50,631 bases of DNA, from IMG/VR virus record IMGVR_UViG_643348551_000005. The stretch is one strand, 5' to 3'. The DNA comes from a virus. Lineage: Duplodnaviria > Heunggongvirae > Uroviricota > Caudoviricetes. The position numbers and the translations under genes are program-made. Below, piece after piece: positions 20,035 through 29,859 of the stretch. Below the pieces are notes generated by a model that saw only the letters and a program-made list of their open reading frames with translations, had not been told where the DNA came from and did not search any database. Numbering within the stretch: the stretch's first letter is position 1; each line of letters opens with the position of its first letter.

Positions 20035-20463
20035 ATGGGTTTTCGTAGCGCATCAATTCTTACGTTGATTATTAGTGGGATTATTATCGGGTGCACTGAT
20101 GCTGTATCGACAAATTATCATGACCGTACATCATATTACTCCGATAAAGCAATAGAGACACAGTATGTGAGTTCATCTGAACGTACTTCTGATGTTAGTG
20201 AGGATATCCGTCTGTATGCCCATCAAATCAAGAGCGCCATCGAAAAACAGTTCGGGGATGCGAGTAAGTATTCAGGAAAAGAGTGTACACTGAGAATGCA
20301 TATGGCCCCGAATGGCCTTCTACTGGAGGTTAAAAGAGAAAGTGGAGACCTCGATTTATGTCGTGAAGCGATGAATGCGATAAAGAATGCTGATATACCT
20401 GCCCCCCCTTCGCCGGAAGTATATAAAGTATTTCAAAATGGGGTGCTGGATTTTAAACCCTGA
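20035..20463 (+). CDS. Lipoprotein with a C-terminal TolA-domain-III-like domain (paralog 1)
   Basis: SD (GAGGA) upstream. Signal peptide with lipobox (IIIGC). The C-terminal roughly 75 aa (YAHQIKSAIEKQFGDASKYSGKECTLRMHMAPNGLLLEVKRESGDLDLCREAMNAIKNADIPAPPSPEVYKVFQNGVLDFKP) closely resemble the C-terminal domain III of E. coli TolA as I remember it (...YAGQIKSAIESKFYDASSYAGKTCTLRIKLAPDGMLLDIKPEGG...YEVFKNAPLDFKP). Confidence 0.7.
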   Translation: MGFRSASILTLIISGIIIGCTDAVSTNYHDRTSYYSDKAIETQYVSSSERTSDVSEDIRLYAHQIKSAIEKQFGDASKYSGKECTLRMHMAPNGLLLEVKRESGDLDLCREAMNAIKNADIPAPPSPEVYKVFQNGVLDFKP

Positions 20464-20613
20464 TATTTATTGTTTTGTAATAAACGGTTTCGGCTTAGGT
20501 TTGTTCTGACACAGCTACGGCACTGAGCTAAATTTAGCGGATAGTCAGCTCTGAGCCAGTGGCGGACGTAACAACTACTATTGCTGAGATTTTAATGGAT
20601 TGAGGAGCAAGAA

Positions 20614-21009
20614 GTGGGATTAAAGAAAATCGTTATGTTGACTTTTTGGGTCGGTTTTGTTGCGGGATGCACACCTTTACACCCTTCAGATTGCCACAAA
20701 ACTACTGCTACAGGTAGTTGCAGTTCAGGACGCTGGGATGATCAGGATGAATGGGGGGCGCAAGCGCGGGGAATCAGAGCTGCAATTAATGCCAAACTTG
20801 ATGAGCCGCATAACTGGAAAGGGAAAAAATGCAGGTTGCATATGGAATTCTCTCAGGATGGCACGGCGTTAAAAATATCTACCAGTAACGGTGATAAAGC
20901 CTATTGCGAAGCGATAAAGTCCGCAGCTCATAAAGCCAAATTTCCGGCCTTCAACAATCCGGAAGTCTACAGAGATTTTCAGAAATCTGGCTTTGACATG
21001 CGAGGTTAG
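20614..21009 (+). CDS. Lipoprotein with a C-terminal TolA-domain-III-like domain (paralog 2, GTG start)
   Basis: SD (GAGGAG) 6 nt upstream of GTG. Signal peptide with lipobox (VAGC). C-terminal region (GKKCRLHMEFSQDGTALKISTSNGDKAYCEAIKSAAHKAKFPAFNNPEVYRDFQKSGFDMRG) is a diverged copy of the same TolA-III-like fold, with the two cysteines conserved. Confidence 0.65.
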   Translation: MGLKKIVMLTFWVGFVAGCTPLHPSDCHKTTATGSCSSGRWDDQDEWGAQARGIRAAINAKLDEPHNWKGKKCRLHMEFSQDGTALKISTSNGDKAYCEAIKSAAHKAKFPAFNNPEVYRDFQKSGFDMRG

Positions 21010-21260
21010 CTCTTCAATTACTATATCTCATTCATAGCAAACTGACAGATTTGATGATGTTCTATATACGAAACCTGTGATGTCAAGTCTGAGCTAATAC
21101 AAATAAACATAATATCAGAGAAATACATTTTATTAGCTCGCTACGGCGAGCTTTTTATATTGCATCGTCTCCAGCATATATATCAATTAAGGCTCTGATT
21201 GATGTGTCTGAAAGCCTACACATAATAACTATGCCATCCGTTCCGTGCGGAGGTGAGGCT

Positions 21261-21476
21261 ATGAAATCCATGGACAAAATTTCAACAGGCATTGCCTACG
21301 GCACCTCCGCAGGCAGTGCTGGCTACTGGTTTTTACAGTTGCTCGATAGAGTAACTCCGTCACAGTGGGCTGCAATCGGTGTGCTGGGTAGTCTGGTATT
21401 TGGCCTGCTGACGTACCTGACAAACCTTTATTTCAAGATTAAAGAAGATAAGCGCAAGGCTGCGAGAGGTGAATAA
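21261..21476 (+). CDS. essD: Holin (EssD-like pinholin, 71 aa)
   Basis: Strong SD (GGAGGTGAGG). Product [26 protein letters not shown]... with two transmembrane segments, matching DLP12 EssD from memory. Its stop overlaps the endolysin start. Confidence 0.82.
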   Translation: MKSMDKISTGIAYGTSAGSAGYWFLQLLDRVTPSQWAAIGVLGSLVFGLLTYLTNLYFKIKEDKRKAARGE

Positions 21477-21973
21477 TGCCTCCATCATTACGAAAAGTCG
21501 TTGCTGCTGCTATTGGTGGCGGAGCAATTGCTATAGCATCAGTGTTAATCACTGGCCCAAGTGGTAACGATGGTCTGGAAGGTGTCAGCTACATACCATA
21601 CAAAGATATTGTTGGTGTATGGACTGTATGTCACGGGCATACAGGAAAAGACATCATGCTCGGTAAAACGTATACCAAAGCAGAATGCAAAACACTCTTG
21701 AATAAAGACCTTGCCACGGTCGCCAGACAAATTAACCCGTACATCAAAGTCGATATACCGGAAACAACGCGCGGCGCTCTTTACTCATTCGTTTACAACG
21801 TGGGTGCTGGCAATTTCAGAACATCGACGCTTCTTCGCAAAATAAACCAGGGCGATATCAAAGGCGCATGTGATCAGCTACGTCGCTGGACATATGCTGG
21901 CGGTAAGCAATGGAAAGGTCTCATGACTCGTCGTGAGATTGAGCGTGAAATCTGTTTGTGGGGTCAGCAATGA
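21476..21973 (+). CDS. rrrD: SAR endolysin (lysozyme, GH24 / T4-lysozyme-like), RrrD-like
   Basis: N-terminal signal-anchor-release segment ([18 protein letters not shown]) followed by a lysozyme core ([25 protein letters not shown]). Near-identical to DLP12 RrrD from memory. Confidence 0.88.
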   Translation: MPPSLRKVVAAAIGGGAIAIASVLITGPSGNDGLEGVSYIPYKDIVGVWTVCHGHTGKDIMLGKTYTKAECKTLLNKDLATVARQINPYIKVDIPETTRGALYSFVYNVGAGNFRTSTLLRKINQGDIKGACDQLRRWTYAGGKQWKGLMTRREIEREICLWGQQ

Positions 21974-22434
21974 ACAGAGTAACCGCGATTATCTCCGCTC
22001 TGGTTATCTGCATCGTCGTCTGCCTGTCATGGGGTGTTAATCATTACCGTGATAACGCCATCGCCTACAAAGAACAGCGCGACAAAAATGCCAGAGAACT
22101 GAAGCTGGCGAACGCGGCAATTACTGACATGCAGATGCGTCAGCGTGATGTTGCTGCGCTCGATGCAAAATACACGAAGGAGTTAGCTGATGCGAAAGCT
22201 GAAAATGATGTTCTGCGTGATGATGTTGCCGCTGGTCGTCGTCGGTTGCACATCAAAGCAGTCTGTCAGTCAGTGCGTGAAGCCACCACCGCCTCCGGCG
22301 TGGATAATGCAGCCTCCCCCCGACTGGCAGACACCGCTGAACGGGATTATTTCACCCTCCGGGAACGACTGGTAATGATGCAGGCCCAACTTGAAGGTGC
22401 TCAGCAATACATAACCGAGCAGTGTTTAAAGTAA
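21970..22434 (+). CDS. Rz (i-spanin, inner-membrane subunit)
   Basis: N-terminal transmembrane segment, coiled-coil body, position right after the endolysin, and an embedded +1-frame Rz1. Confidence 0.82.
   Translation: MNRVTAIISALVICIVVCLSWGVNHYRDNAIAYKEQRDKNARELKLANAAITDMQMRQRDVAALDAKYTKELADAKAENDVLRDDVAAGRRRLHIKAVCQSVREATTASGVDNAASPRLADTAERDYFTLRERLVMMQAQLEGAQQYITEQCLK
22190..22375 (+). CDS. Rz1 (o-spanin, outer-membrane lipoprotein) nested within Rz
   Basis: 61-aa ORF wholly inside Rz in another frame. SD (GAAGGAG) upstream. Lipobox VVGC followed by a proline-rich mature region ([15 protein letters not shown]). Confidence 0.8.
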   Translation: MRKLKMMFCVMMLPLVVVGCTSKQSVSQCVKPPPPPAWIMQPPPDWQTPLNGIISPSGNDW

Positions 22435-22571
22435 AATCTTAACTACAATATGATTCATTTTGATGATTGTTTCATAAGGAACAGTGAAGTAAGATCTAAG
22501 AGGAGTTAAATTTTATACAGTATAATCATAATATTGCAGCAAGGTGGTTATAATTGAAAGAATATTTAGAT

Positions 22572-24029
22572 ATGAATACATCTCATGTAAGAGTTGTTAC
22601 TCATATGTGTGGGTTCCTGGTTTGGCTCTATAGTCTTTCAATGTTGCCACCAATGGTTGTAGCATTGTTTTATAAAGAAAAAAGCCTGTTCGTTTTCTTT
22701 ATAACTTTCGTTATATTTTTTTGCATTGGTGGCGGAGCGTGGTATACAACTAAGAAATCTGGCATTCAATTACGTACCCGTGATGGGTTTATTATAATTG
22801 TAATGTTTTGGATTTTGTTTTCTGTTATTAGTGCATTCCCTTTATGGATTGACTCAGAACTTAATTTAACGTTCATTGATGCTCTGTTTGAAGGGGTTTC
22901 TGGAATAACAACAACAGGAGCAACTGTAATTGATGATGTTAGTTCATTACCTCGGGCATATTTGTACTATCGGTCACAGTTAAATTTTATAGGTGGTTTA
23001 GGAGTTATTGTTCTGGCGGTTGCTGTATTGCCATTATTGGGTATTGGTGGTGCAAAGCTTTATCAGTCAGAAATGCCGGGGCCATTTAAGGATGACAAAC
23101 TCACTCCCCGCCTGGCCGATACGTCACGGACACTGTGGATAACTTATTCTTTATTAGGTATTGCTTGTATTGTCTGTTATAGACTTGCAGGAATGCCTTT
23201 GTTTGATGCTATTTGTCACGGGATTTCCACAGTTTCGCTTGGTGGTTTCTCAACTCATAGCGAGAGTATCGGATATTTTAATAACTATTTGGTTGAGCTG
23301 GTGGCTGGTTCTTTTTCCCTGCTATCGGCTTTCAACTTCACTCTTTGGTATATTGTTATTAGCAGGAAAACGATAAAACCTTTAATCAGAGATATTGAAC
23401 TTCGTTTCTTTCTGTTAATAGCCTTAGGGGTGATCATTGTTACCTCTTTCCAGGTCTGGCATATAGGTATGTATGACTTGCATGGAAGTTTTATTCATTC
23501 GTTTTTTCTTGCCAGCTCCATGCTCACTGATAATGGTTTAGCTACGCAGGATTATGCAAGTTGGCCCACGCACACGATAGTGTTTTTGCTGTTGTCAAGT
23601 TTCTTTGGGGGATGTATAGGTTCAACTTGTGGTGGAATTAAGTCACTTCGATTTCTTATACTTTTCAAACAAAGCAAACACGAGATAAATCAGCTTTCTC
23701 ATCCCAGAGCGTTGTTGAGTGTAAATGTAGGAGGGAAGATAGTTACAGATCGTGTAATGAGGTCTGTATGGAGTTTCTTTTTTCTTTATACTCTCTTCAC
23801 GGTGTTTTTTATACTGGTGTTAAATGGTATGGGATATGATTTTCTTACATCATTTGCAACAGTGGCTGCATGTATTAATAATATGGGATTAGGTTTTGGG
23901 GCTACTGCATCGTCATTCGGAGTGCTTAATGACATTGCAAAATGTTTAATGTGCATAGCTATGATTCTTGGTCGCCTTGAAATTTATCCTGTTATTATAT
24001 TGTTTTCAGGTTTTTTTTGGCGCTCCTAA
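22572..24029 (+). CDS. trkG: TrkG potassium uptake transporter (TrkH/TrkG family), prophage moron
   Basis: 485-aa polytopic membrane protein starting MNTSHVRVVTHMCGFLVW..., matching Rac-encoded TrkG. Low-GC gene placed after the lysis cassette. Confidence 0.9.
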   Translation: MNTSHVRVVTHMCGFLVWLYSLSMLPPMVVALFYKEKSLFVFFITFVIFFCIGGGAWYTTKKSGIQLRTRDGFIIIVMFWILFSVISAFPLWIDSELNLTFIDALFEGVSGITTTGATVIDDVSSLPRAYLYYRSQLNFIGGLGVIVLAVAVLPLLGIGGAKLYQSEMPGPFKDDKLTPRLADTSRTLWITYSLLGIACIVCYRLAGMPLFDAICHGISTVSLGGFSTHSESIGYFNNYLVELVAGSFSLLSAFNFTLWYIVISRKTIKPLIRDIELRFFLLIALGVIIVTSFQVWHIGMYDLHGSFIHSFFLASSMLTDNGLATQDYASWPTHTIVFLLLSSFFGGCIGSTCGGIKSLRFLILFKQSKHEINQLSHPRALLSVNVGGKIVTDRVMRSVWSFFFLYTLFTVFFILVLNGMGYDFLTSFATVAACINNMGLGFGATASSFGVLNDIAKCLMCIAMILGRLEIYPVIILFSGFFWRS

Positions 24030-24166
24030 TATATGGCTGATTTATAATTGTGAGTTTAATATTATGTTGACTCACTCATTGATCCAATACCTAACTTTAC
24101 CAGCAACCCCTCCGTCCCCAGTAGCACTGGCTGCTGGGGTGCGTTTTATTCATAAAGCAAGGCTGT

Positions 24167-24958
24167 ATGAGCGAGAAATTAAAGATAGTCTATCGCCCAT
24201 TACAAGAATTGTCACCGTATGCGCACAACGCCAGGACGCACAGCCCTGAGCAGGTGGCACAACTGGTAGAAAGTATTAAGCAATTCGGCTGGACTAATCC
24301 GGTGCTGATTGACGAAAAGGGCGAAATTATTGCGGGTCACGGTCGTGTTATGGCGGCTGAAATGCTCAAAATGGATTCTGTTCCGGTCATTGTTCTGTCT
24401 GGCCTGACGGATGAGCAGAAAAAGGCGTACCGCCTGGCAGATAATCGCCTGCCGATGAATGCTGGCTGGGATGAAGATCTGTTGCGGATGGAGCTGTCGG
24501 ACCTAATCAATGCTGATTTTGATGTCTCCCTGACAGGCTTCATCCCGACAGAAATTGATGAACTGTTGACGGATGTTTTGCCCGGTACAGGAAATGAGGA
24601 GGAGCCGTATACGACGAAAATTGATACGCCTGTTTATGAGCCGTCGGGCGGTAAACCGGATATCAGTGAACTGTACGACGATACGAAAACTCAGGAGCTG
24701 ATCAGCCGGATACGTTCGGCGTCCCTTGAGCCTGATATTGAGAAATTCCTCCTGTGTGCGGCAGAACGTCACACGGTGTTTAATTTCAGCAGAATTGCGG
24801 ACTATTACGCTCACGCCCCCTCTGAAATTCAGTGTTTTTTCGAGGAGTCGGCGCTGGTGATCATTGATTATCAGCAGGCTATTGAAAATGGATTTGTCCG
24901 GATGACGCAGCGCATGGTGGAGATCATGCATGGTGGTGAGGAGGAGGAATATGCGTGA
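24167..24958 (+). CDS. ynaK: ParB-like nuclease (ParB N-terminal / Srx-fold) domain protein, intact YnaK-like
   Basis: N-terminal ParB-N signature (IVYRPLQELSPYAHNARTHSPEQVAQLVESIKQFGWTNPVLID...GEIIAGHGR) and an acidic C-terminus. Corresponds to the position of ynaK, which is truncated in K-12 Rac. Confidence 0.7.
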   Translation: MSEKLKIVYRPLQELSPYAHNARTHSPEQVAQLVESIKQFGWTNPVLIDEKGEIIAGHGRVMAAEMLKMDSVPVIVLSGLTDEQKKAYRLADNRLPMNAGWDEDLLRMELSDLINADFDVSLTGFIPTEIDELLTDVLPGTGNEEEPYTTKIDTPVYEPSGGKPDISELYDDTKTQELISRIRSASLEPDIEKFLLCAAERHTVFNFSRIADYYAHAPSEIQCFFEESALVIIDYQQAIENGFVRMTQRMVEIMHGGEEEEYA

Positions 24959-25883
24959 TGATTTTTGCGCCTTTATTCTGACTCACGGGCGACCGGACAA
25001 AGTTCTGACTTACCGGACGTTGCGTCGTGCTGGCTATACCGGGAAAATTTTTATCGTTGTTGATGATGAAGATAAGACACGGAATCAGTACATGGCTGAA
25101 TTTGGTGAACAGGTGCTGGTGTTTTCCAAAGCCGATATCGCCAGTCGTTTTGACGAAGCCGATAATTTCTGTGACCGCCGCTCAATTTTTTACGCCCGTA
25201 ATGCCTGTTTCGACCTGGCAAAACTGGTCGGGTGTAAATACTTCATTCAGCTCGATGATGATTATCACGAGTTCCAGTTTCGGGTGGATCGCAACTATGA
25301 CCAGGCCTATTTTCCGATAAGGAAACTGGATGCGATCCTTTCTGAAATGCTGGCGTACTACGAATCAATACCTGCTCTTTCCATCGCTATGTCGCAGGGC
25401 GGGGATTTTCTTGGTGACAATGGCGGCCATGCTTCGTGGGTGAAACGCAAGGCAATGAACAGCTTTATCTGTTCGGTTGATCGACCGTTCTCATTCATGG
25501 GGCGCATTAACGAGGATGTGAATACGTACACGAATCTCGGTCGCTGTGGTGAATTGTTTATGACGATCGGTGCTGTCCAGTTAGGGCAGAAACAGACGCA
25601 GAAAAACAGCGGCGGAATGACCGAGCTGTATCTGGATTCCGGAACCTACGTTAAAAGTTTTTACTCCGTCATGTATGCGCCGTCGTGCGTAAAAATCTCA
25701 CTGATGGGTGCCAGCCATAAACGCATTCACCATCAGGTCACCTGGAACAACGCTGCAGTAAAAATCCTTCACGAAAAATACAGGAAGAAGACACCCTGCA
25801 TATCAATGGGGGTGACAAATGATTCCGTATTCGAAAGTCGAGTCTCTGGCAGCGTGCCGGATGACTGCACAACAAATCGCTGA
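24951..25883 (+). CDS. Putative GT-A-fold (family-2-like) glycosyltransferase, YdaY-like
   Basis: Start at ATG 24951, preceded by a GAGGAGGAGG SD and overlapping the upstream stop (translational coupling). Motif FILTHGRPDKVLTYRTLRRAGYTGKIFIVVDDED resembles the GT2 N-terminal nucleotide-binding region, and IQLDDDYHEF is a DxD-like motif. The assignment is tentative. Confidence 0.45.
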   Translation: MRDDFCAFILTHGRPDKVLTYRTLRRAGYTGKIFIVVDDEDKTRNQYMAEFGEQVLVFSKADIASRFDEADNFCDRRSIFYARNACFDLAKLVGCKYFIQLDDDYHEFQFRVDRNYDQAYFPIRKLDAILSEMLAYYESIPALSIAMSQGGDFLGDNGGHASWVKRKAMNSFICSVDRPFSFMGRINEDVNTYTNLGRCGELFMTIGAVQLGQKQTQKNSGGMTELYLDSGTYVKSFYSVMYAPSCVKISLMGASHKRIHHQVTWNNAAVKILHEKYRKKTPCISMGVTNDSVFESRVSGSVPDDCTTNR

Positions 25884-26070
25884 CGTTCTGGATGTTGATC
25901 TGAACCGACTGAAAGAAAATCGGGAAGCAATGACAGATTTTTATGCGGCCATCCGTAAGGGCAGAGCGAAAGGTGAAGCCGAGTTACGAGCGGCATTGTT
26001 TAAGCTTGCCAGAAAAGGGGATGCCTTTGCTCTGCGCGAACTACTCAGGGTGGATAAAAATCAGGACTAA
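25819..26070 (+). CDS. Small helical protein (83 aa) upstream of the terminase small subunit
   Basis: SD (GGGGGTGA) before the ATG; overlaps the preceding gene's 3' end by 65 nt; function unknown. Confidence 0.45.
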   Translation: MIPYSKVESLAACRMTAQQIADVLDVDLNRLKENREAMTDFYAAIRKGRAKGEAELRAALFKLARKGDAFALRELLRVDKNQD

Positions 26071-26073
26071 CTG

Positions 26074-27168
26074 ATGAGCAGACCGGACTGGGGGGCGTTG
26101 CAGCAGGAGTATATTGCTGAATACACCCGCTCCGGTATATCTCCGGTGGCATGGTGTGAAGCAAGGGGACTGAATTACGCAACAGCCCGTCGTTACATCA
26201 AAAAAACTCCGAAAAATGCGCAGACAGAAATGTGCAAAACTGCGCAAAAAAGTGCGCAGAAAAAATCTGCGCAGACTGCACAAAAGCGGAACGAAAAATC
26301 TCAGGAAAAAAAGCCAGTATTCGATGCGGGCCTGAATGAGGGCGACGCGGAGGAATTTTCGTTCTGTCCCGATGAATTCGGCATTTCTGACCAGCAGGCT
26401 AAGTTTGCGATGCTTGTTGCTCAGGGTAAAAAGCCGACAGAGGCGTACCGACTAGCCGGTTATGAGGGGCAAGGTGCGACAGCTAACAGCAACGCCAGTC
26501 GTATGCTTAGAAATGCCAGGGTTTTTCGCGCTATCAGCTACTTCCGCAATCAGTACCAGAAACGCTATACCGCAGACCTGGATTTACTAGTGAGTCAGTT
26601 GATGGCTATTGTCCTGGCCGACCCCAATCAGCTTGCACAATTTCGCCGTGTTAACTGCCGTTATTGCTGGGGCGAGAATCATCTCTACCAGTGGCGCGAT
26701 ATAGCAGAATTCGACAAGGCAGCGGCGCAGGCTTCCAGAGATGGCAAACCCGAACCGGAATATGGAGGCCTCGGCTTTGTTGATAACGCCATACCCAATC
26801 CGGACTGCCCGAAGTGCTGCGGTGAGGGAACGGGACAGCTTTATATGGCTGATACCACTCTGCTTGATGGGGATGCGCGGCAATTATATGCAGGGGCAAA
26901 ATTCGGAAAATTCGGCGTTGAGATCCTGCTGGAGGATAAGGCTGCCGCCCGGCGTGAATTGTTGCGTTTGTTTTCTGCTGGCGGGGCTTTATGTGCAGAT
27001 AAACGGCTACAGGAACTGGAAATTGAACGGCGCAGAATGGAAAACCAGAAGCTGCGCAAAGAGATCGAAACGGTGGAAGATAATGAACATCCCCAGCCTG
27101 TGGCGATCAATATTAATGTGGTTGATGCCAGAGTAAGGAGTGATGAAGATGATCTCTCCGACGCTTAA
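26074..27168 (+). CDS. Terminase small subunit (Terminase_2-like)
   Basis: Central motif KPTEAYRLAGYEGQGATANSNASRMLRNARV typical of phage small terminase subunits, an N-terminal HTH-like region, and position immediately upstream of the large subunit. Confidence 0.78.
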   Translation: MSRPDWGALQQEYIAEYTRSGISPVAWCEARGLNYATARRYIKKTPKNAQTEMCKTAQKSAQKKSAQTAQKRNEKSQEKKPVFDAGLNEGDAEEFSFCPDEFGISDQQAKFAMLVAQGKKPTEAYRLAGYEGQGATANSNASRMLRNARVFRAISYFRNQYQKRYTADLDLLVSQLMAIVLADPNQLAQFRRVNCRYCWGENHLYQWRDIAEFDKAAAQASRDGKPEPEYGGLGFVDNAIPNPDCPKCCGEGTGQLYMADTTLLDGDARQLYAGAKFGKFGVEILLEDKAAARRELLRLFSAGGALCADKRLQELEIERRRMENQKLRKEIETVEDNEHPQPVAININVVDARVRSDEDDLSDA

Positions 27169-28450
27169 TGTGCCTCAGGCGCGATTTCTTTCAATGCCCC
27201 ATAAATTTAAAGCCTATATTGCTGGTTTTGGCTCGGGCAAAACATGGGTTGGGTGTGGCGGCATATGCAAGGGGATTTGGGAGCATCCAGGTATAAATCA
27301 GGGATATTTTGCGCCAACGTATCCCCAAATTCGCGATATTTTTTACCCTACAGTGGAAGAAGTTGCTGCTGACTGGGGATTGAACGTAAAAATTAATGAG
27401 GGAAATAAAGAGGTTCACTTTTATTACGGACGCCAGTATCGGGGAACCACTATCTGCAGATCGATGGAGAAGCCACAAACGATCGTCGGTTTCAAAATTG
27501 GTAATGCGTTGGTGGATGAACTGGACATTTTGCCGAAGGAAAAAGCCAGAACGGCGTGGCGCAAGATAATTGCACGTATGCGTTATAAGATTGATGGACT
27601 TCGCAACGGTATTGACGTTACAACCACGCCGGAAGGATTCAAATTTGTCTACGAGCAGTTTGTTAAAGCCGTGCGTGAAAAAACAGAGCTGGCCTCACTG
27701 TATGGTCTGGTGCAGGCATCTACTTTCGATAATGAAAAGAACCTGCCAGCAGATTACATTCCTTCGCTTCTTGAATCATACCCTCCAGAGCTGATTAAAG
27801 CCTATCTTCGAGGACAGTTTACTAACCTGACAAGTGGTACTGTTTACCATCAGTTTGACCGGAAACTGAATAATTGCGAAGAAGTGGAGCAGCCAGGGGA
27901 GCCGATTTATATTGGGATGGATTTTAACGTTGGAAAGATGGCGGGAATCGTCCATGTGCTGCGTTTGGGGCTTCCATGTGCGGTAACTGAAATCATCAAT
28001 GCCTACGATACGCCGGATATGATCCGCATCATTAAAGAACGCTTCTGGCTGTATGATGGGAATGATTACCGGAAAGTGAGGGAAATTTATATTTATCCAG
28101 ATGCTTCCGGGGATTCCAGAAAATCAAGTAACGCAAGTACGACGGATATAGCCCAGCTTAAGCAGGCTGGTTTTAACGTTGTGGTGAACAGCTCGAACCC
28201 GCCAGTAAAAGATCGCGTTAACTCAATGAATGCAATGTTCTGCAATGCCAATGGTGAGCGTCGCTATAAAGTTAATGTGAAGCGTTGCCCGTTATATGCC
28301 GAATCTCTGGAGCAACAGGTCTGGGATGAGAAAGGGGAGCCTGATAAAAAATCTGGCAATGATCACCCGAATGATGCCGGAGGTTATTTCATCGTTAAGC
28401 AATTCCCTATTGTCAAACCGACCGGAAGAGTCACATCACTTCGGATTTAA
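27149..28450 (+). CDS. Terminase large subunit (ATPase/nuclease)
   Basis: Walker A (AGFGSGKT) and Walker B-like (ALVDELD) motifs. SD TAAGGAG upstream. Start ambiguous among 27140, 27143 and 27149. Confidence 0.85.
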   Translation: MISPTLNVPQARFLSMPHKFKAYIAGFGSGKTWVGCGGICKGIWEHPGINQGYFAPTYPQIRDIFYPTVEEVAADWGLNVKINEGNKEVHFYYGRQYRGTTICRSMEKPQTIVGFKIGNALVDELDILPKEKARTAWRKIIARMRYKIDGLRNGIDVTTTPEGFKFVYEQFVKAVREKTELASLYGLVQASTFDNEKNLPADYIPSLLESYPPELIKAYLRGQFTNLTSGTVYHQFDRKLNNCEEVEQPGEPIYIGMDFNVGKMAGIVHVLRLGLPCAVTEIINAYDTPDMIRIIKERFWLYDGNDYRKVREIYIYPDASGDSRKSSNASTTDIAQLKQAGFNVVVNSSNPPVKDRVNSMNAMFCNANGERRYKVNVKRCPLYAESLEQQVWDEKGEPDKKSGNDHPNDAGGYFIVKQFPIVKPTGRVTSLRI

Positions 28451-28452
28451 TT

Positions 28453-29859
28453 ATGGCTGATATATCAACACCCAACCTCGACTATAACGATATGCTGGAG
28501 GCGTGGGATATTAACGACGCACTGATGGGCGGTACGCTTGAAATGCGCAGGCAGGGGGAAAATTATCTCCCAAAATGGCCTAACGAAGATGAAGACGCTT
28601 ATAAAAAACGCCTGTCTGTGGCTACGCTACTTCCTGTGTATGAAGAAAGCATCAAGCAAAATATTGGGCGCATATTTGCAGAGCCGACAGTATTGAGTGA
28701 GGAAACGCCGGCAAAAATCAGGGAATATGCAGAAAATATCGACATGGAGGGGAGCCGACTGGATGTGTGGGCGCAGCAATTTTTCAGCCTCGCATTTCAG
28801 TATGGTGTGGCACATGCGCTGGTGGACTATCCACGAACGGATATGAAAGAGATTCGTACAAAAGCCGATGAAAACGCGACCGGTGGTCGTCCGTACGTTA
28901 CGATGCTGAATCCACGCCAGGTTATTGGATGGAAATCGAAAGTTGAAAAAGGGAAAGTTGTTCTCACTGATTTGCGTATAAAAGAGGTCATCATTATTGA
29001 TGGTGATGATTTCGGGCAGAAGAAGGTGGAGCAGATCCGCCATATTATGCCCCGTCGAGTTGAAATTTATCGACGTAGCGAAGGCACTAATGGCGAATCT
29101 GTCTGGACGCTTCATGAGTCATGGAATACCAGCCGTGATGATATTCCTCTGGTAACACTGTACACGAAGAAAACAGGATTTATGCGTGGTACACCGCCAT
29201 TGCTTAATCTTGGCTTGCTGAATATCAAGCACTGGCAAAGCCAGAGCGAGCAGGACAATATTCTTCATGTTACCCGCGTTCCATTGCTGGTGGCCTACGG
29301 GCTGGACAGGAATGAAGAACTGACGGTTGGTGCATCCACCGCTACGATTTTTGAGGACAGAACAAAAAATGGCCTCGAATATGTTGAACATAGTGGCGCA
29401 GCGATAGAATCTGGCGAAACATCACTTGAGAAGCTGGAAAATCAGATGCGTCATGCCGGCGCTAAACTTCTGCGTGCTGAAAATACATCCACCAAATCTG
29501 TTGATCAGACTAATGAAGAGCGAATGCAGGAAAACTCGCCGCTTTATACAATGGCGAACTCCCTCGAAGATGCCCTCGATAATATTCTCCAGATAATGGC
29601 GGAATGGATCGGAGAGAGTTGCGGTGGCAATGTGGATGTGCGCACTGAACTGGATGTATCTGCCCAGGTGTTTGACTCATCCTCCGCGCTGGCTGTTCAG
29701 TCATTGCGTCAGGGCGGTGATATACGTCAGATTGATGCGGTTCGGGTGTTGCAGGCGTTGAAATTTATCGATCAGGATTCCCGTCCAGAGGAAGTGATCG
29801 ATGAATTAAAAAATCAGAGTGTAATGCTGATGGAAATCAATGATGCAAACCGTGAATGA
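28453..29859 (+). CDS. Portal protein
   Basis: 468-aa ORF immediately after the large terminase, the canonical portal position and size. Confidence 0.75.
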   Translation: MADISTPNLDYNDMLEAWDINDALMGGTLEMRRQGENYLPKWPNEDEDAYKKRLSVATLLPVYEESIKQNIGRIFAEPTVLSEETPAKIREYAENIDMEGSRLDVWAQQFFSLAFQYGVAHALVDYPRTDMKEIRTKADENATGGRPYVTMLNPRQVIGWKSKVEKGKVVLTDLRIKEVIIIDGDDFGQKKVEQIRHIMPRRVEIYRRSEGTNGESVWTLHESWNTSRDDIPLVTLYTKKTGFMRGTPPLLNLGLLNIKHWQSQSEQDNILHVTRVPLLVAYGLDRNEELTVGASTATIFEDRTKNGLEYVEHSGAAIESGETSLEKLENQMRHAGAKLLRAENTSTKSVDQTNEERMQENSPLYTMANSLEDALDNILQIMAEWIGESCGGNVDVRTELDVSAQVFDSSSALAVQSLRQGGDIRQIDAVRVLQALKFIDQDSRPEEVIDELKNQSVMLMEINDANRE

